DNA of 64,000 nucleotides from Candidatus Lustribacter sp. (GTDB lineage Bacteria > Vulcanimicrobiota > Vulcanimicrobiia > Vulcanimicrobiales > Vulcanimicrobiaceae): assembly GCA_965277805.1 (NCBI GenBank), contig OZ255842.1, positions 3,616,001-3,680,000 on the forward strand, given 5' to 3'. The notes beneath the pieces are model-generated. The model saw only the letters and a program-made list of their open reading frames with translations. It ran no database searches and was not told the DNA's origin. Within the stretch, counting starts at the first letter, position 1. Every line of letters starts with the position of its first letter. The translations under genes were made by a program, and so were the position numbers. This document shows, piece by piece, positions 28,228 to 39,881 of the stretch.

Positions 28228-30018
28228 TCATCGAACCTGAAGCGGGATGACGAGCTTCTCGGTGTCGTTGGGATGGAAATCGGGAATGCGATTGAGGAAC
28301 GGCGTCAACGTGAGACGGTACGTGCCTGGAACGGCCGGCGCGACCACCCTCCCGAGGGCGTACGCCGTTTCGCCTTGCGCAATCGTGTCCGGAACGAACA
28401 GTATCGCCGCCGCGCTCGCCGGACCGGACACATCCACACGAACGCGCGCTTGGCCGTTCCAGTATCCGGAGCGGTAACCATACAAGCGAGACGAACCTCG
28501 ATTTTGCAGCGTCGCGACGAGCGCGATCGGCTCGCCCGCGCTTGCGGTGAGCACCCGCGCCGGTTCCATACCGGCTTCACGAACGCTGGTCGGCGCGAAT
28601 GCGACGTGCGCGAGATATTGCGGCACGTCGAGCCGGTTGCGCTGGAACTTGCGGAATGTCGCGGCGGCGTCCCGCTGCACCTGACTGTCGTTGACAATCC
28701 ACACCCGCGCCGGATCGATGTCGATGTCGACCGGGATTCCGCTCCACTGACTTTCCTCTTCACCATTCGCGCCGGCGAATTGAACCCCGACGGACGCAAA
28801 CAGCAGCACCACGAACGCCGCGGAGACGACGGTGCGAGCGAGGCTACCGCGCCAGAACTCGAACGGCTTCTCCGGCAGAACGTAAATGAGCAGCAGCGCT
28901 CCGATACCGGCGATGTCCGTCAGGTAGCGAGCGCCGAACGACGCGCCGCCCCACCATCCGGTGAAGAAGCTGTATTGCAGGATCAAGACGGCGGCCGCCG
29001 CCGTAAGAGCGAGCACCAAGCGCGCGGGCGCCGTACGGGCACGAGCGGCATACCACACGCCTGCGACCGAAAACACGAACAGGGGTGTAAAGACGAAAAG
29101 CCCTTTCCCCGGACTGATCAGCAAGCCGACTAGGCTTTCGGCAAACTGCGCGAGCGTGACGACGTAGCGCGGACCGAGCCCGCCGTAACCGCCGATCAGC
29201 GTACCGAACGAGTACTCATTCCATAGCGCTCCGGGCGCGAGGCCGATCGCCGTTCCGACGGCAAACGGCCACGAACTCCGGCGAAATTCCCAGACCGTAA
29301 ACGCGAACGCAGCGACGAGAAAGAGCGCCGCCGTCGGGCGCACCACCGGCAAGAAGCCCGCGCAAACGCCGGCGAAAAACAGCCACCACCCAAGCGACCT
29401 GCCGCGCGCGCGCGTGGCGGCGAGCAACGCGCACGTCATCGTCAGCACAACGAGATTGACCGGCCCATGCTGCCACAACGCTTGCGAGCCGATCGTCCAC
29501 ATTTCCGTGCCGGCCGCGAAGAACACGGTGACGATCAGCGCGCGCGTGAGGCCGCCGATCTGGCGAGCGCAGAGAAACATCATCACCGCGGCAAGCGCCG
29601 CGAGCGACATTGCGGCCAACTTCTCGTAATGAACGCGAACGCGTTCGAAGTCGACGGACGTTATGTCGACCGGTTGATGCTTTGCGTGTAACTGGGCGTC
29701 GAAGGCCGCATACAGCAGCGCGCTCAGCAGCGCCGTACCGATCGGGAAAAACGAGGTGATTTGGCCGGCTCGGCCCGGCACAAAGATATATGAAGCGCCG
29801 AAACCCTGAAAGTAGCTGGTGCGAAAGTCGTCAAATTCGAGCTCGTGATGTTCGAGCACGTTGAACGTCCACAGCGAGTTCGGCGCACTGTCGAAGGTGT
29901 AGATGTAGGTATCGCCGTTCGAGCGGTAGAGCGCGAGGCACGCAACGACGATCAAGACCGAAATCGCGACGTTTTGCCGGATGACGGACTGCCGGAGGCG
30001 TTGGACGAGCCTATTCAC
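28228..30018 (-). CDS. Polytopic membrane protein, GT-C-like glycosyltransferase with C-terminal Ig-like domain
   Basis: D after TM1 (FDSAPN), SQALWQH, VRP, SPGKGLFVFTP, WWGGASFGARY. Confidence 0.65.
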   Translation of the reverse strand: MNRLVQRLRQSVIRQNVAISVLIVVACLALYRSNGDTYIYTFDSAPNSLWTFNVLEHHELEFDDFRTSYFQGFGASYIFVPGRAGQITSFFPIGTALLSALLYAAFDAQLHAKHQPVDITSVDFERVRVHYEKLAAMSLAALAAVMMFLCARQIGGLTRALIVTVFFAAGTEMWTIGSQALWQHGPVNLVVLTMTCALLAATRARGRSLGWWLFFAGVCAGFLPVVRPTAALFLVAAFAFTVWEFRRSSWPFAVGTAIGLAPGALWNEYSFGTLIGGYGGLGPRYVVTLAQFAESLVGLLISPGKGLFVFTPLFVFSVAGVWYAARARTAPARLVLALTAAAAVLILQYSFFTGWWGGASFGARYLTDIAGIGALLLIYVLPEKPFEFWRGSLARTVVSAAFVVLLFASVGVQFAGANGEEESQWSGIPVDIDIDPARVWIVNDSQVQRDAAATFRKFQRNRLDVPQYLAHVAFAPTSVREAGMEPARVLTASAGEPIALVATLQNRGSSRLYGYRSGYWNGQARVRVDVSGPASAAAILFVPDTIAQGETAYALGRVVAPAVPGTYRLTLTPFLNRIPDFHPNDTEKLVIPLQVR

Positions 30019-31159
30019 CCAGGCGGCCGACCAGATCGCGGGAGATGATCACTTGCTGTATCTCTGAGGTGCCCTCGTAGATCTCGGTGATTTTGGCATC
30101 GCGGTAATAGCGCTCGACCGGGAACTCCGTCGTGTAGCCGTAGCCGCCGTGAATTTGCACGGCTTCGGAGGCGTGCGTCCGTGCGGCGGTCGATGCGAAG
30201 AGCTTGGCCTTGCTCGCGGCGATCGTGAAGGGTTCACCGGCGTCGCACAACGCGGCGGCGCGATAGGTCAGCAAGCGCGCCGCATCCAGATCGGTTGCCA
30301 TCTGCGCGATCTTGAACGCGATGCCTTCGAACGCGCCGATCTTCCGTCCGAATGCGACACGCTCGGTGGCGAACTTCACCGATGCATCGAGGCACGCGGC
30401 GAGAATCCCCACGGCCTGCGACGCGATGCCGATACGGCCCGCGCCCAAGGTCGCGAGCGCCGAGGTAAAGCCCGTGCCCTCGACACCGATCCGCGCGCTC
30501 GCCGGCACGCGCACGTCGGTGAACACGAGATCGACCGTGTTGCTCGTATGGATGCCGAGTTTTTCGGTGACTTTCTCCACCTCGACACCCGGCAGCGACA
30601 TATCGATGAGAAATGCCGAGATACCGTGCGCGCCGGCGTCGCCGGTGCGGAACATCGCCATGACGACGGCGGCGTAACCGCCGTTCGTGCACCACTGCTT
30701 GCGGCCGTTGAGGACGTAGTTCTCGCCGTCGGGCACCGCGCGCGAACGGATCGCCGCCGCGTCGGAGCCGGCATCGGGTTCGGTCAGCGCAAAGCCCGCG
30801 AGCGCGTCCTTGGTCGCGAGTTCCGGTAACCAGCGCTCGCGCTGTTCTTCGCTGCCGAGCTTCGCGATCGCATTGCAGATCATCGAATGCACCGAGAGCG
30901 TCGTCGCCGTGCCCGCATCGACGCGCGCGATCTCTTCGATCGTCAGCGCGTAGCTGACGTAGTCCGCCGCGCTGCCGCCGTACGCTTCGGGAACTTGCAA
31001 CCCCATGAGCCCGGCATCGGTGAGCGTCGTGAAGAGCGCACGCGGAAACGTATGCTCGCGGTCCCAGCCGGTGACGTGTGGCGCGATCTCGCGCACGGCA
31101 ATTTCGCGCGCAAGTTCACCGACCGCGCGCTGGTCGTCAGTCGGCTCGAACGGCGTCAC
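30011..31159 (-). CDS. Acyl-CoA dehydrogenase (short-chain type)
   Basis: FALTEPDAGSD, NGRKQW, YYRDAKITEIYEGTSEIQ; GTG 31159. Confidence 0.95.
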   Translation of the reverse strand: MTPFEPTDDQRAVGELAREIAVREIAPHVTGWDREHTFPRALFTTLTDAGLMGLQVPEAYGGSAADYVSYALTIEEIARVDAGTATTLSVHSMICNAIAKLGSEEQRERWLPELATKDALAGFALTEPDAGSDAAAIRSRAVPDGENYVLNGRKQWCTNGGYAAVVMAMFRTGDAGAHGISAFLIDMSLPGVEVEKVTEKLGIHTSNTVDLVFTDVRVPASARIGVEGTGFTSALATLGAGRIGIASQAVGILAACLDASVKFATERVAFGRKIGAFEGIAFKIAQMATDLDAARLLTYRAAALCDAGEPFTIAASKAKLFASTAARTHASEAVQIHGGYGYTTEFPVERYYRDAKITEIYEGTSEIQQVIISRDLVGRLGE

Positions 31160-32022
31160 ACCGCCGCCGGAACCGTTACCGTGCCGCGATAGTCGTAAAA
31201 GCCGCGGCCCGACTTCTTTCCGAGCCAGCCGGCGGCAACGTATTGCTTGAGCAAAGGGCACGCACGGTACTTCGAATCGCCGAAGCCGTCGTAGAGCACG
31301 TTCATGATCGCGAGACACGTATCGAGACCGATGAAGTCGGCCAACGTCAACGGACCCATCGGATGATTCATGCCCAGCTTCATCACGGTGTCGATCGCGT
31401 CGATCGACGCCACGCCTTCGTACACGGCGAAGATCGCTTCGTTGATCATCGGCATCAGGATCCGGTTGGCGATGAAGCCCGGGAAATCGCGCACTTCGAC
31501 CGGCGTCTTGCCGAGCGAGGTGGCCAGCTCGATGATCGCGCGCGCCGTGGCATCGCTCGTTGCGATGCCGCGAATCACTTCGACCAGCATCATGACCGGA
31601 ACCGGATTCATGAAGTGCATCCCGATCACACGTTCGGGCTTGCTCGTCGTCGCGCCGAGCGTGGTGATCGAGATCGAGCTCGTGTTGCTGGCGAGAATCG
31701 TGTCGGGCGCGGTGTTCTCATCGAGCCGGTGGAACAGATCGACCTTCGTATCGAAGTCTTCCGTCGCCGCCTCGATCGCGAGCGCCACGTCGAGATCCTC
31801 GAAGTGCGGACGCGCGTCGATGTGCTCGAGCACCTTGCCGCGCGCATCGGCCGTCATGCGGCCCTTGTCGACGTCGCGTTGCAAGCGCTTCGCGATGCCG
31901 TCGATGCCGCGCGCGATGCGCACCTCATCGACGTCGTTGAGTAGTACCTCGTGCCCGTGCATGGCAAAGACTTGCGCGATGCCGGCTCCCATCTGGCCGG
32001 CACCGACAACCATCAGACGCAT
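31156..32022 (-). CDS. hbd: 3-hydroxybutyryl-CoA dehydrogenase
   Basis: GAGQMGAG, SNTSS, GMHFMNP, PGFIANR, HPMGP. Confidence 0.95.
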   Translation of the reverse strand: MRLMVVGAGQMGAGIAQVFAMHGHEVLLNDVDEVRIARGIDGIAKRLQRDVDKGRMTADARGKVLEHIDARPHFEDLDVALAIEAATEDFDTKVDLFHRLDENTAPDTILASNTSSISITTLGATTSKPERVIGMHFMNPVPVMMLVEVIRGIATSDATARAIIELATSLGKTPVEVRDFPGFIANRILMPMINEAIFAVYEGVASIDAIDTVMKLGMNHPMGPLTLADFIGLDTCLAIMNVLYDGFGDSKYRACPLLKQYVAAGWLGKKSGRGFYDYRGTVTVPAAV

Positions 32023-32025
32023 GGA

Positions 32026-33345
32026 TTATCCGACGCGTACCAGGATCGCGTCACCTTGGCCGCCACCGCTGCAGATCGCGGCGATGCCGAGGCCGCCGCC
32101 GCGCCGGCGCAGCTGGTGAATGACCGACGCGGTCACTCGCGCGCCCGACGCGCCGAGCGGATGACCGAACGCGACCGCGCCGCCTTGCACGTTGATCGTG
32201 GTCGGATCGAGACCGAGGCGTCCCGCCGCCGTGAGCGCGACCGCGGCGAAGGCTTCGTTGAATTCCCACACCGCGATGTCGGAGGTCTTGAGCTTCATGC
32301 GATCGAGCAGTTTCTGCGTGGCCATCGCGGGCGTCAGTGCGAGATACGGCGGATCCCACGCGGCGCCGGCGTGCCCTTCGATCGAACCGAGCACTTCGAC
32401 CCCGTTGCGCTTGGCATAGTCGGCGCTCGCGAGCACGAGCGCTGCGGCGCCGTCGTTCACGCCGGGCGCGTTGCCGGCCGTCACGGTACCGTCTTTATCG
32501 AGCGGCTTGAGTTTCGCCATCGCTTCGATCGACGCGTCGGCACGCACCGGTTCGTCGCGATCGACGAGGGTCGCCGGCACGTCGCCGGTGACGTACGCGC
32601 TGTACTTCTTCGGATCGGCGACCATCGCCGAGGGATGTCCCCAGACGGAGCCATTGCCGCCCGCGGCAACCGGCACGCGCTCGCGCGCCGGGATCGGAAG
32701 TTCGTCGACGACGATCTTGCCCTTCGCCTTCGTCGCTACGCGAATCGGCGCAATTTCAGCGGCCAGATATCCGGCTTCGTGCGCGGCATGCGCGCGCGCA
32801 TGCGACTGGTACGCGAACTGATCTTGCACTTCGCGCGTCAGGCCGAGTTCGGCCGCGACCTTGGCCGCTTGCGACGCCATCGCCTCATCGAAGTAGTAGT
32901 CGAGCAGCCCGTCGTTGATCATGAGATCGACCAGCTCGCCGTTGCCGAAGCGGTACCCCGACCGCGCGTTGGGCAGCAAGTAGGGCGCGTTGGACATCGA
33001 TTCCATGCCGCCGGCGACCACCACATCGTGCTCGTTGCCGTCGATCAGCCGCATGCCCATTGCGACCGCGACCATGCCCGACGCGCAGACCTTGTTGATC
33101 GTCTCGGCGGTGGTCGTTTTGGCCAGGCCGGCCTTGAACATCGCCTGGCGGGCAGGAGCCTGGCCGGCGCCCCCTTGGAGCACCTGGCCCATGATCACGT
33201 GCTCGATCTCGGCCGGATCGATGCCGGCCCGCGCTACGGCGTTGCGGATTGCATCGCCGCCGAGCGTCGTGGCGGAGAGGGACGACAGCGCGCCACCGAG
33301 GCGGCCGAACGGGGTACGGGCGGTAGCGAGAACGACGGTCGGCAT
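32026..33345 (-). CDS. Acetyl-CoA acyltransferase (thiolase) with ~48-aa insertion
   Basis: NKVCASG, NEAFA, GHPLGASG, CSGGGQG. Confidence 0.95.
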   Translation of the reverse strand: MPTVVLATARTPFGRLGGALSSLSATTLGGDAIRNAVARAGIDPAEIEHVIMGQVLQGGAGQAPARQAMFKAGLAKTTTAETINKVCASGMVAVAMGMRLIDGNEHDVVVAGGMESMSNAPYLLPNARSGYRFGNGELVDLMINDGLLDYYFDEAMASQAAKVAAELGLTREVQDQFAYQSHARAHAAHEAGYLAAEIAPIRVATKAKGKIVVDELPIPARERVPVAAGGNGSVWGHPSAMVADPKKYSAYVTGDVPATLVDRDEPVRADASIEAMAKLKPLDKDGTVTAGNAPGVNDGAAALVLASADYAKRNGVEVLGSIEGHAGAAWDPPYLALTPAMATQKLLDRMKLKTSDIAVWEFNEAFAAVALTAAGRLGLDPTTINVQGGAVAFGHPLGASGARVTASVIHQLRRRGGGLGIAAICSGGGQGDAILVRVG

Positions 33346-33374
33346 AGGGCGCTCCTTACTTTTTTTGGGGAGCG

Positions 33375-34331
33375 TTACGTTCCGGACGTGGAAACGGGCT
33401 CCCTCGCATGCGGGTCAACTTGGGTGCAGACCACGCGGTCGTCCTCGGCGCACGATTCGCATTCGAACTGGACGGTCACGTGGGCGATCCCGTAAGCGTC
33501 GTGCATGGCCGTGGTGATCCGGTTGAGGACGGCCGTCGCCTCGCTCAGCCGGCGGTCGTCGAGCACGACGTGCGCCGAGAGCGCATGCGAGCCCGTGCCG
33601 ATCGTCCAGACGTGCAGGTCGTGCACCGCGACGACGCCGTCGCACGTTTCGATCGTTGCACGCACGAGCGGCAGGCGCGCGTGATCGGGGACCGACTCCA
33701 ACAACACGTGCATCGCCTGGCGCGCGACGTTGATGATGCCGGCAAGGATGATCGCCGCAACGAAGAGCGAGAGCGCGGGATCGATCCAGCTCATCCCCGT
33801 GGCGAGGATCACGAACCCGCCGGCAACGACCGCGATCGCGCCGAGCGCATCGCCGCCGACGTGCAAAAGCGCCGCGCGCATGTTGAGCGATTGTTTGTTC
33901 GCGCGCAGCAGCATCAGGCCGATCCCAAGATTTACCACGAAACCGATCGACGCGATCTCCGCCATCAGCATGCCTTCGGGCAACTGCGGCTGCACGAAGC
34001 GCTTGATCGCCTCGACGGCGATCAGCACGGTCACCGCGAGCAAGAGCGCGCTGTTGCCGAGCCCCGCCAGAATCTCGAGCCGCGCAAAGCCGAACGTCTG
34101 GCGCTCGTTCGCCGGCCGCGTCGACTGAATGCTCGCGGCGAGCGCGATCGCGAGCGCGACGACGTCCATCGTGACGTGCGCCGCGTCGGAGAGCAGCGCT
34201 AGCGAATGCGCTGCAAAGCCGCCGGCCGCTTCCAGGATCGCGACGGCTGCCGTCGCGACGAGGGCAATCTTCAGTTGGCCACTACCAGCTGCACCATGAT
34301 CGTCGTGCGCGTGGTCGTGGTGGCCGCTCAT
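33375..34331 (-). CDS. Cation diffusion facilitator (CzcD/ZitB-like)
   Basis: His-rich N-terminus, SDAAH, HVGGD, HDLHVW; ATGA overlap. Confidence 0.9.
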   Translation of the reverse strand: MSGHHDHAHDDHGAAGSGQLKIALVATAAVAILEAAGGFAAHSLALLSDAAHVTMDVVALAIALAASIQSTRPANERQTFGFARLEILAGLGNSALLLAVTVLIAVEAIKRFVQPQLPEGMLMAEIASIGFVVNLGIGLMLLRANKQSLNMRAALLHVGGDALGAIAVVAGGFVILATGMSWIDPALSLFVAAIILAGIINVARQAMHVLLESVPDHARLPLVRATIETCDGVVAVHDLHVWTIGTGSHALSAHVVLDDRRLSEATAVLNRITTAMHDAYGIAHVTVQFECESCAEDDRVVCTQVDPHAREPVSTSGT

Positions 34332-34921
34332 TTTTTCCATGCCTTGACAGCGAGCGCGACGCACATCGCGCCGAACGTCAGGAAGGTGCGCGACTCGGCA
34401 CTCCCGATCACCGCCGGGTCGTATTCGCCCTGCCGGCTGCCGCCTGGCGACGTCCGCGGCAGGACGCGCGGCACGGCGGCGACGTATTCGTCGAACTCGG
34501 CACCGAAGGTCGAGCGCAGGTACCGCTCTTCGTGCGGCACGACCACGCTGTACACGCCGAGCATCGCACCGAGCGCACCGGTGACGAGCGCCGCGCGCAC
34601 GGCAGCGCTGTTCGCGCCGGTGAACGCGATCGCAAAGCCGGCCGCCGTGATGAAGTTGCCGACGTAGAGCGGATTACGAACGTACGCGTACGGTCCGTTC
34701 GTGACGAGCGCCGGCGCGGTGACGGCATCGCCGCGCGTCGTCACGCCGGAATAGCCGACGGCCCACGCGCGCACGGCTTCGCCGGCGAACGCGAGCGGCA
34801 GCCCGACGGCGATAGAAAATGCGCTCGGACGTCCGAACGCGGCAAGCACGACCGCCGGAACGGCCAGCAATTCTCCGCGGCGCGCGAAGACGAACGTGTC
34901 GATATCGCCGCCTTCGCTCAC
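34328..34921 (-). CDS. Isoprenylcysteine carboxyl methyltransferase (ICMT/PEMT) family
   Basis: LVTNGPYAYVRNPLYVG, EERYLRSTFG. Confidence 0.85.
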   Translation of the reverse strand: MSEGGDIDTFVFARRGELLAVPAVVLAAFGRPSAFSIAVGLPLAFAGEAVRAWAVGYSGVTTRGDAVTAPALVTNGPYAYVRNPLYVGNFITAAGFAIAFTGANSAAVRAALVTGALGAMLGVYSVVVPHEERYLRSTFGAEFDEYVAAVPRVLPRTSPGGSRQGEYDPAVIGSAESRTFLTFGAMCVALAVKAWKK

Positions 34922-35838
34922 GAACGAGCCGCCTGGTAGATGTCGCGCAACGATTCCGTCAGCGTGAACCGCGGCTCCCAGCCCAGTTCGGCGCGCAGTT
35001 TCGTCGAGTCACCGCTGAGCAGCGGCAATTCGGACGCGCGCATACGTTCCGAGTCCTCGCGAATCTCAACCGGAACCCGGGCGATGGTGATCAACTGCCG
35101 CAGTACCTCTCGAATGGCGACCGGATGGCCGCTACTAATGTTAAACACTTCGCCCGAACGTCCGTTTGCAAGCAACAGCACGTAGGCCGCGACGACGTCG
35201 CGCACGTCGAGGAAATCACGCTGTGCCTCGAGGTTGCCGACCTGCAGCAACGGCGGCGCGCCGGCCGCGATATCTGCCAATTGCCTGGCAAATGACGCCA
35301 CGACGAAACGCGGATCTTGCCCGGGACCGATATGGTTGAACGGCCGCGCTACGATGGAATCGAGGTCGTATGAGCGATGCCAGGCGAGTGCATAGGCTTC
35401 GGCCGCAACTTTGCTGGCAGCGTACGCATTTCCGGGCCGCAGCACGGTTGTTTCATCGAGCGGCATCCGCTCAGGCCGCTGGATACCATACACTTCGGCG
35501 CTGCTCACGACGAGCACGCGCAACGGCGCCTTGACTCGATCGCGATACGCACGCGCGGCTTCGAGGACATGCGCGGTTCCGGTCGCGTTGACCGCGAGCG
35601 TCGCCAACGGATCGGCAACGCTTTGCGGTACGAATGCTTGGCCGGCCAGATTGACGATCGCATCCGGCGCAGCCGCATCGACCGCAGCGCGCACCGCCGC
35701 CGCATCGAGGATATCGAACGTCAGCGGCGGCGCATCGTGCGGACCGCCGGCGGGAATCGGTTCGTGGCCCGCAGCACGCAACGCCTCGACCAGATGCCGG
35801 CCGACGAAACCTGTCGCACCGGTAACGAGGACACGCAT
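34918..35838 (-). CDS. rmd: GDP-4-keto-6-deoxy-D-mannose reductase (Rmd-like)
   Basis: TGATGFVG, SSAEVYG, YAASK, RPFNHIGPGQ; follows gmd. Confidence 0.8.
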   Translation of the reverse strand: MRVLVTGATGFVGRHLVEALRAAGHEPIPAGGPHDAPPLTFDILDAAAVRAAVDAAAPDAIVNLAGQAFVPQSVADPLATLAVNATGTAHVLEAARAYRDRVKAPLRVLVVSSAEVYGIQRPERMPLDETTVLRPGNAYAASKVAAEAYALAWHRSYDLDSIVARPFNHIGPGQDPRFVVASFARQLADIAAGAPPLLQVGNLEAQRDFLDVRDVVAAYVLLLANGRSGEVFNISSGHPVAIREVLRQLITIARVPVEIREDSERMRASELPLLSGDSTKLRAELGWEPRFTLTESLRDIYQAARS

Positions 35839-35841
35839 GAG

Positions 35842-37529
<1,688 letters not shown>

Positions 37530-37567
37530 TATCTCATAGGTTTCCCGGCGGGCGAATAAGTTCCGGC

Positions 37568-38989
37568 CTAGAGGTCGGCTAGTTGCGAGCAGAAGGCCGC
37601 GCGGACGGCGGCCAGATCGGCATCACTGCCGATCCAGTCATCGATGCTCAAGGCGAAGATCAGCGTCCCGTGGGTTCGCGTGATCACGTAGCCGGCGAGA
37701 CCGCGCACATGCGACATCGAGCCCGTCTTGGCAATGACGTGGCCTTCCGCGGGCGTCCCGCGCATCGCGCCGCGCAGGTCGCCGCGCACACCGGCCATCG
37801 GCAGCGCGTTGAGGACGGTTTGACGATTCGGACCGTGCCAGTCGTGGCTGAGGATCGCGACGAGCGCGCGCGGCGTGAGACGGTTGTACTGCGAGAGACC
37901 GCTGCCGTCGGCGAGCGTTAGCGTGGCCGGATCGACGCCGATGCCGCGCAACCACGTCCGCTCGAGCGCGTGGCCGCCTTCGAGCGTCCCGGCATGCGCG
38001 TTCGCCGCGACGTCGACTTCGCGCAACAATTCTTCAGCGATGAGGTTGTCTGACGGCAGCCACATGTCGGCGAGCAGCGCGGCGAGCGGCTCGCCGTCGT
38101 GACGCCACACTACCGTTGGGGCTGCCGGCGCCGGCGTGAACGGCGCGTCGACGACATCGGGGATCGGGCCGGGCCATGACATTGACGGTTCGACCGTCAC
38201 GCCGCGGCGCTGCAGCGCATCCGCGAAGTAGCGCAGCGCGAGCACTTCGGGCTGATCGACCGCAGCGTCGACGTGCGAGGGAGCGCCGAGCGGCGCCTCG
38301 CCGGTGATGACGACGTCGCCGCACGGGCCGGCGTGCACGTCCGTCGTGTCGGCGCGGCCTTGCGCGACCGTTCGCGCGGCCATCGTGAACGCCAGCAGCG
38401 TCGGTCCCGGACGGCACGGCACCGTCGTCGCATCGATCGGCACGAACGGCACCGGCAGCTGCAACACCGGCGGCGCGCCGATTGCGGCGCCCGGCGCGAG
38501 CGTGAGCGCGAGAACGTTCTCTTCGAACGGTAACCCGTTCACCACGGGCGCGTAATCTTGCAGCACGTCGTCGACCGACCAGCCCGGCGCGCGACGTTCG
38601 GCCGGCGTCACGTGCGACTCATCGAGCACCACGTGCGCGCTGACGATGCCGGCGCGTTGCACGGCATCGGCTGCCGCATCGAGATCGACGCGGTGCAGCA
38701 GCGGATCGCCGCCGCCATGGAGCACGAGCGTATCGCCGTCGCCGTGCGCGAGGACGGTCGCAAAGCGATAAGCGGGACCGAGCCGTTCGAGCGCGACGCT
38801 GCCGACGAGCAGCTTCATCGTCGACGCGGGCTGGATCGTGTCGTCGGCGTCGTGGCTGTAGAGCGTTTGGCCGTCGCTGGCCGTTACGAGCGTCGCAACG
38901 TGCGCGGCGTGCAGCGTCGGAGCAGCGAGGATGTGGTCGAGGGCGGCCGTCAAACCGAGGCCGGCTGCGACTGCAACGGCTACGAGCAA
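37568..38989 (-). CDS. dacB: D-Ala-D-Ala carboxypeptidase/endopeptidase (PBP4, S13); start uncertain
   Basis: PASTMK, SDN, DGSGLS, AKTG. Confidence 0.9.
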   Translation of the reverse strand: MLVAVAVAAGLGLTAALDHILAAPTLHAAHVATLVTASDGQTLYSHDADDTIQPASTMKLLVGSVALERLGPAYRFATVLAHGDGDTLVLHGGGDPLLHRVDLDAAADAVQRAGIVSAHVVLDESHVTPAERRAPGWSVDDVLQDYAPVVNGLPFEENVLALTLAPGAAIGAPPVLQLPVPFVPIDATTVPCRPGPTLLAFTMAARTVAQGRADTTDVHAGPCGDVVITGEAPLGAPSHVDAAVDQPEVLALRYFADALQRRGVTVEPSMSWPGPIPDVVDAPFTPAPAAPTVVWRHDGEPLAALLADMWLPSDNLIAEELLREVDVAANAHAGTLEGGHALERTWLRGIGVDPATLTLADGSGLSQYNRLTPRALVAILSHDWHGPNRQTVLNALPMAGVRGDLRGAMRGTPAEGHVIAKTGSMSHVRGLAGYVITRTHGTLIFALSIDDWIGSDADLAAVRAAFCSQLADL

Positions 38990-39837
38990 CGCGCCTCGAT
39001 GAATTCATCGAGCGCCGTCTGCCAGCGCGGCAGCGGCGGGAGTCCCAACGCGGCAAACGTCGTGTTATCGAGCGCCGAATACATCGGCCGCTGCACGGGA
39101 TTGTTGAACGATGCGTAGGGGACGGGCTCGATTTCCGCATCGCCCAAGCCCGCCTTGACAAACGCCGCTTGCACGAACTCGAACCACGTGCACGCCCCGG
39201 CGTTCGTGACGTGATGTATTCCATACGCTTGCGCATCGATCAAACCGTGGATCGCGCGCGCAACGTGCGGTGCGTACGATGGCGAGAACGTCATGTCGGC
39301 GACCATACGCGTCGGCTCGCCGCGTTCGGCTTGGCCCAGCACCTTGTTGATGAGCGTGTAGCCCTTGCTCGACGTACCGGTCGTGCCGAAGACGCCGCTC
39401 GTGCGAATGACGTAGTGCTTGGGCCCGCTGCGACGGGTGAGCAACTCGCCGCCGAGTTTCGAGACGCCGTACGCGGTGCGCGGACCGGTGGCATCGGATT
39501 CGCGATACGGTCGCGGCGCGGTCCCTTCGAACACGTAGTCGGTGCTGATCGTCATGAAGGGGACGTCGCGTTGCGCGCACGCGCGGGCAAAGCCGTCGAC
39601 GGCCAGCGTATTCGCGGCAAACGCTTTATCCGGTTCGCGTTCGCACAGATCGACGTTGTGAAACGCCGCGCAGTTGATGGCGATATCGTACTTCGCGCCA
39701 TCGAGCAAGGCTGCCGGATCGTCGGAAACGAGATCGAATGCAACGTGCGCCGGCGCAGAGATCTCCGCGCCGGACAATTCCGCCCGCAGCGCGGTTCCCA
39801 GCTGCCCCGACCCGCCGATGAGCAGGATCCGTTTCAT
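38980..39837 (-). CDS. rfbD: dTDP-4-dehydrorhamnose reductase
   Basis: GGSGQLG, ISTDYVF, YGVSK, RPMYSALD. Confidence 0.9.
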   Translation of the reverse strand: MKRILLIGGSGQLGTALRAELSGAEISAPAHVAFDLVSDDPAALLDGAKYDIAINCAAFHNVDLCEREPDKAFAANTLAVDGFARACAQRDVPFMTISTDYVFEGTAPRPYRESDATGPRTAYGVSKLGGELLTRRSGPKHYVIRTSGVFGTTGTSSKGYTLINKVLGQAERGEPTRMVADMTFSPSYAPHVARAIHGLIDAQAYGIHHVTNAGACTWFEFVQAAFVKAGLGDAEIEPVPYASFNNPVQRPMYSALDNTTFAALGLPPLPRWQTALDEFIEARCS

Positions 39838-39881
39838 CACGGCGGAGGTTCGCTCGAACGGCGAGGCCAACCCCCGGCGCA

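Noticed and set aside
37530-37567. GGAACTT upstream of the PilZ gene as a second ECF promoter
   Set aside because: No CGT -10 element at 16-17 nt
39848-39859. GTTCG-ct-CGAAC palindrome between rfbD and rfbC as an SOS box
   Set aside because: Half-sites are in the wrong order and spacing for CGAAC-N4-GTTYG
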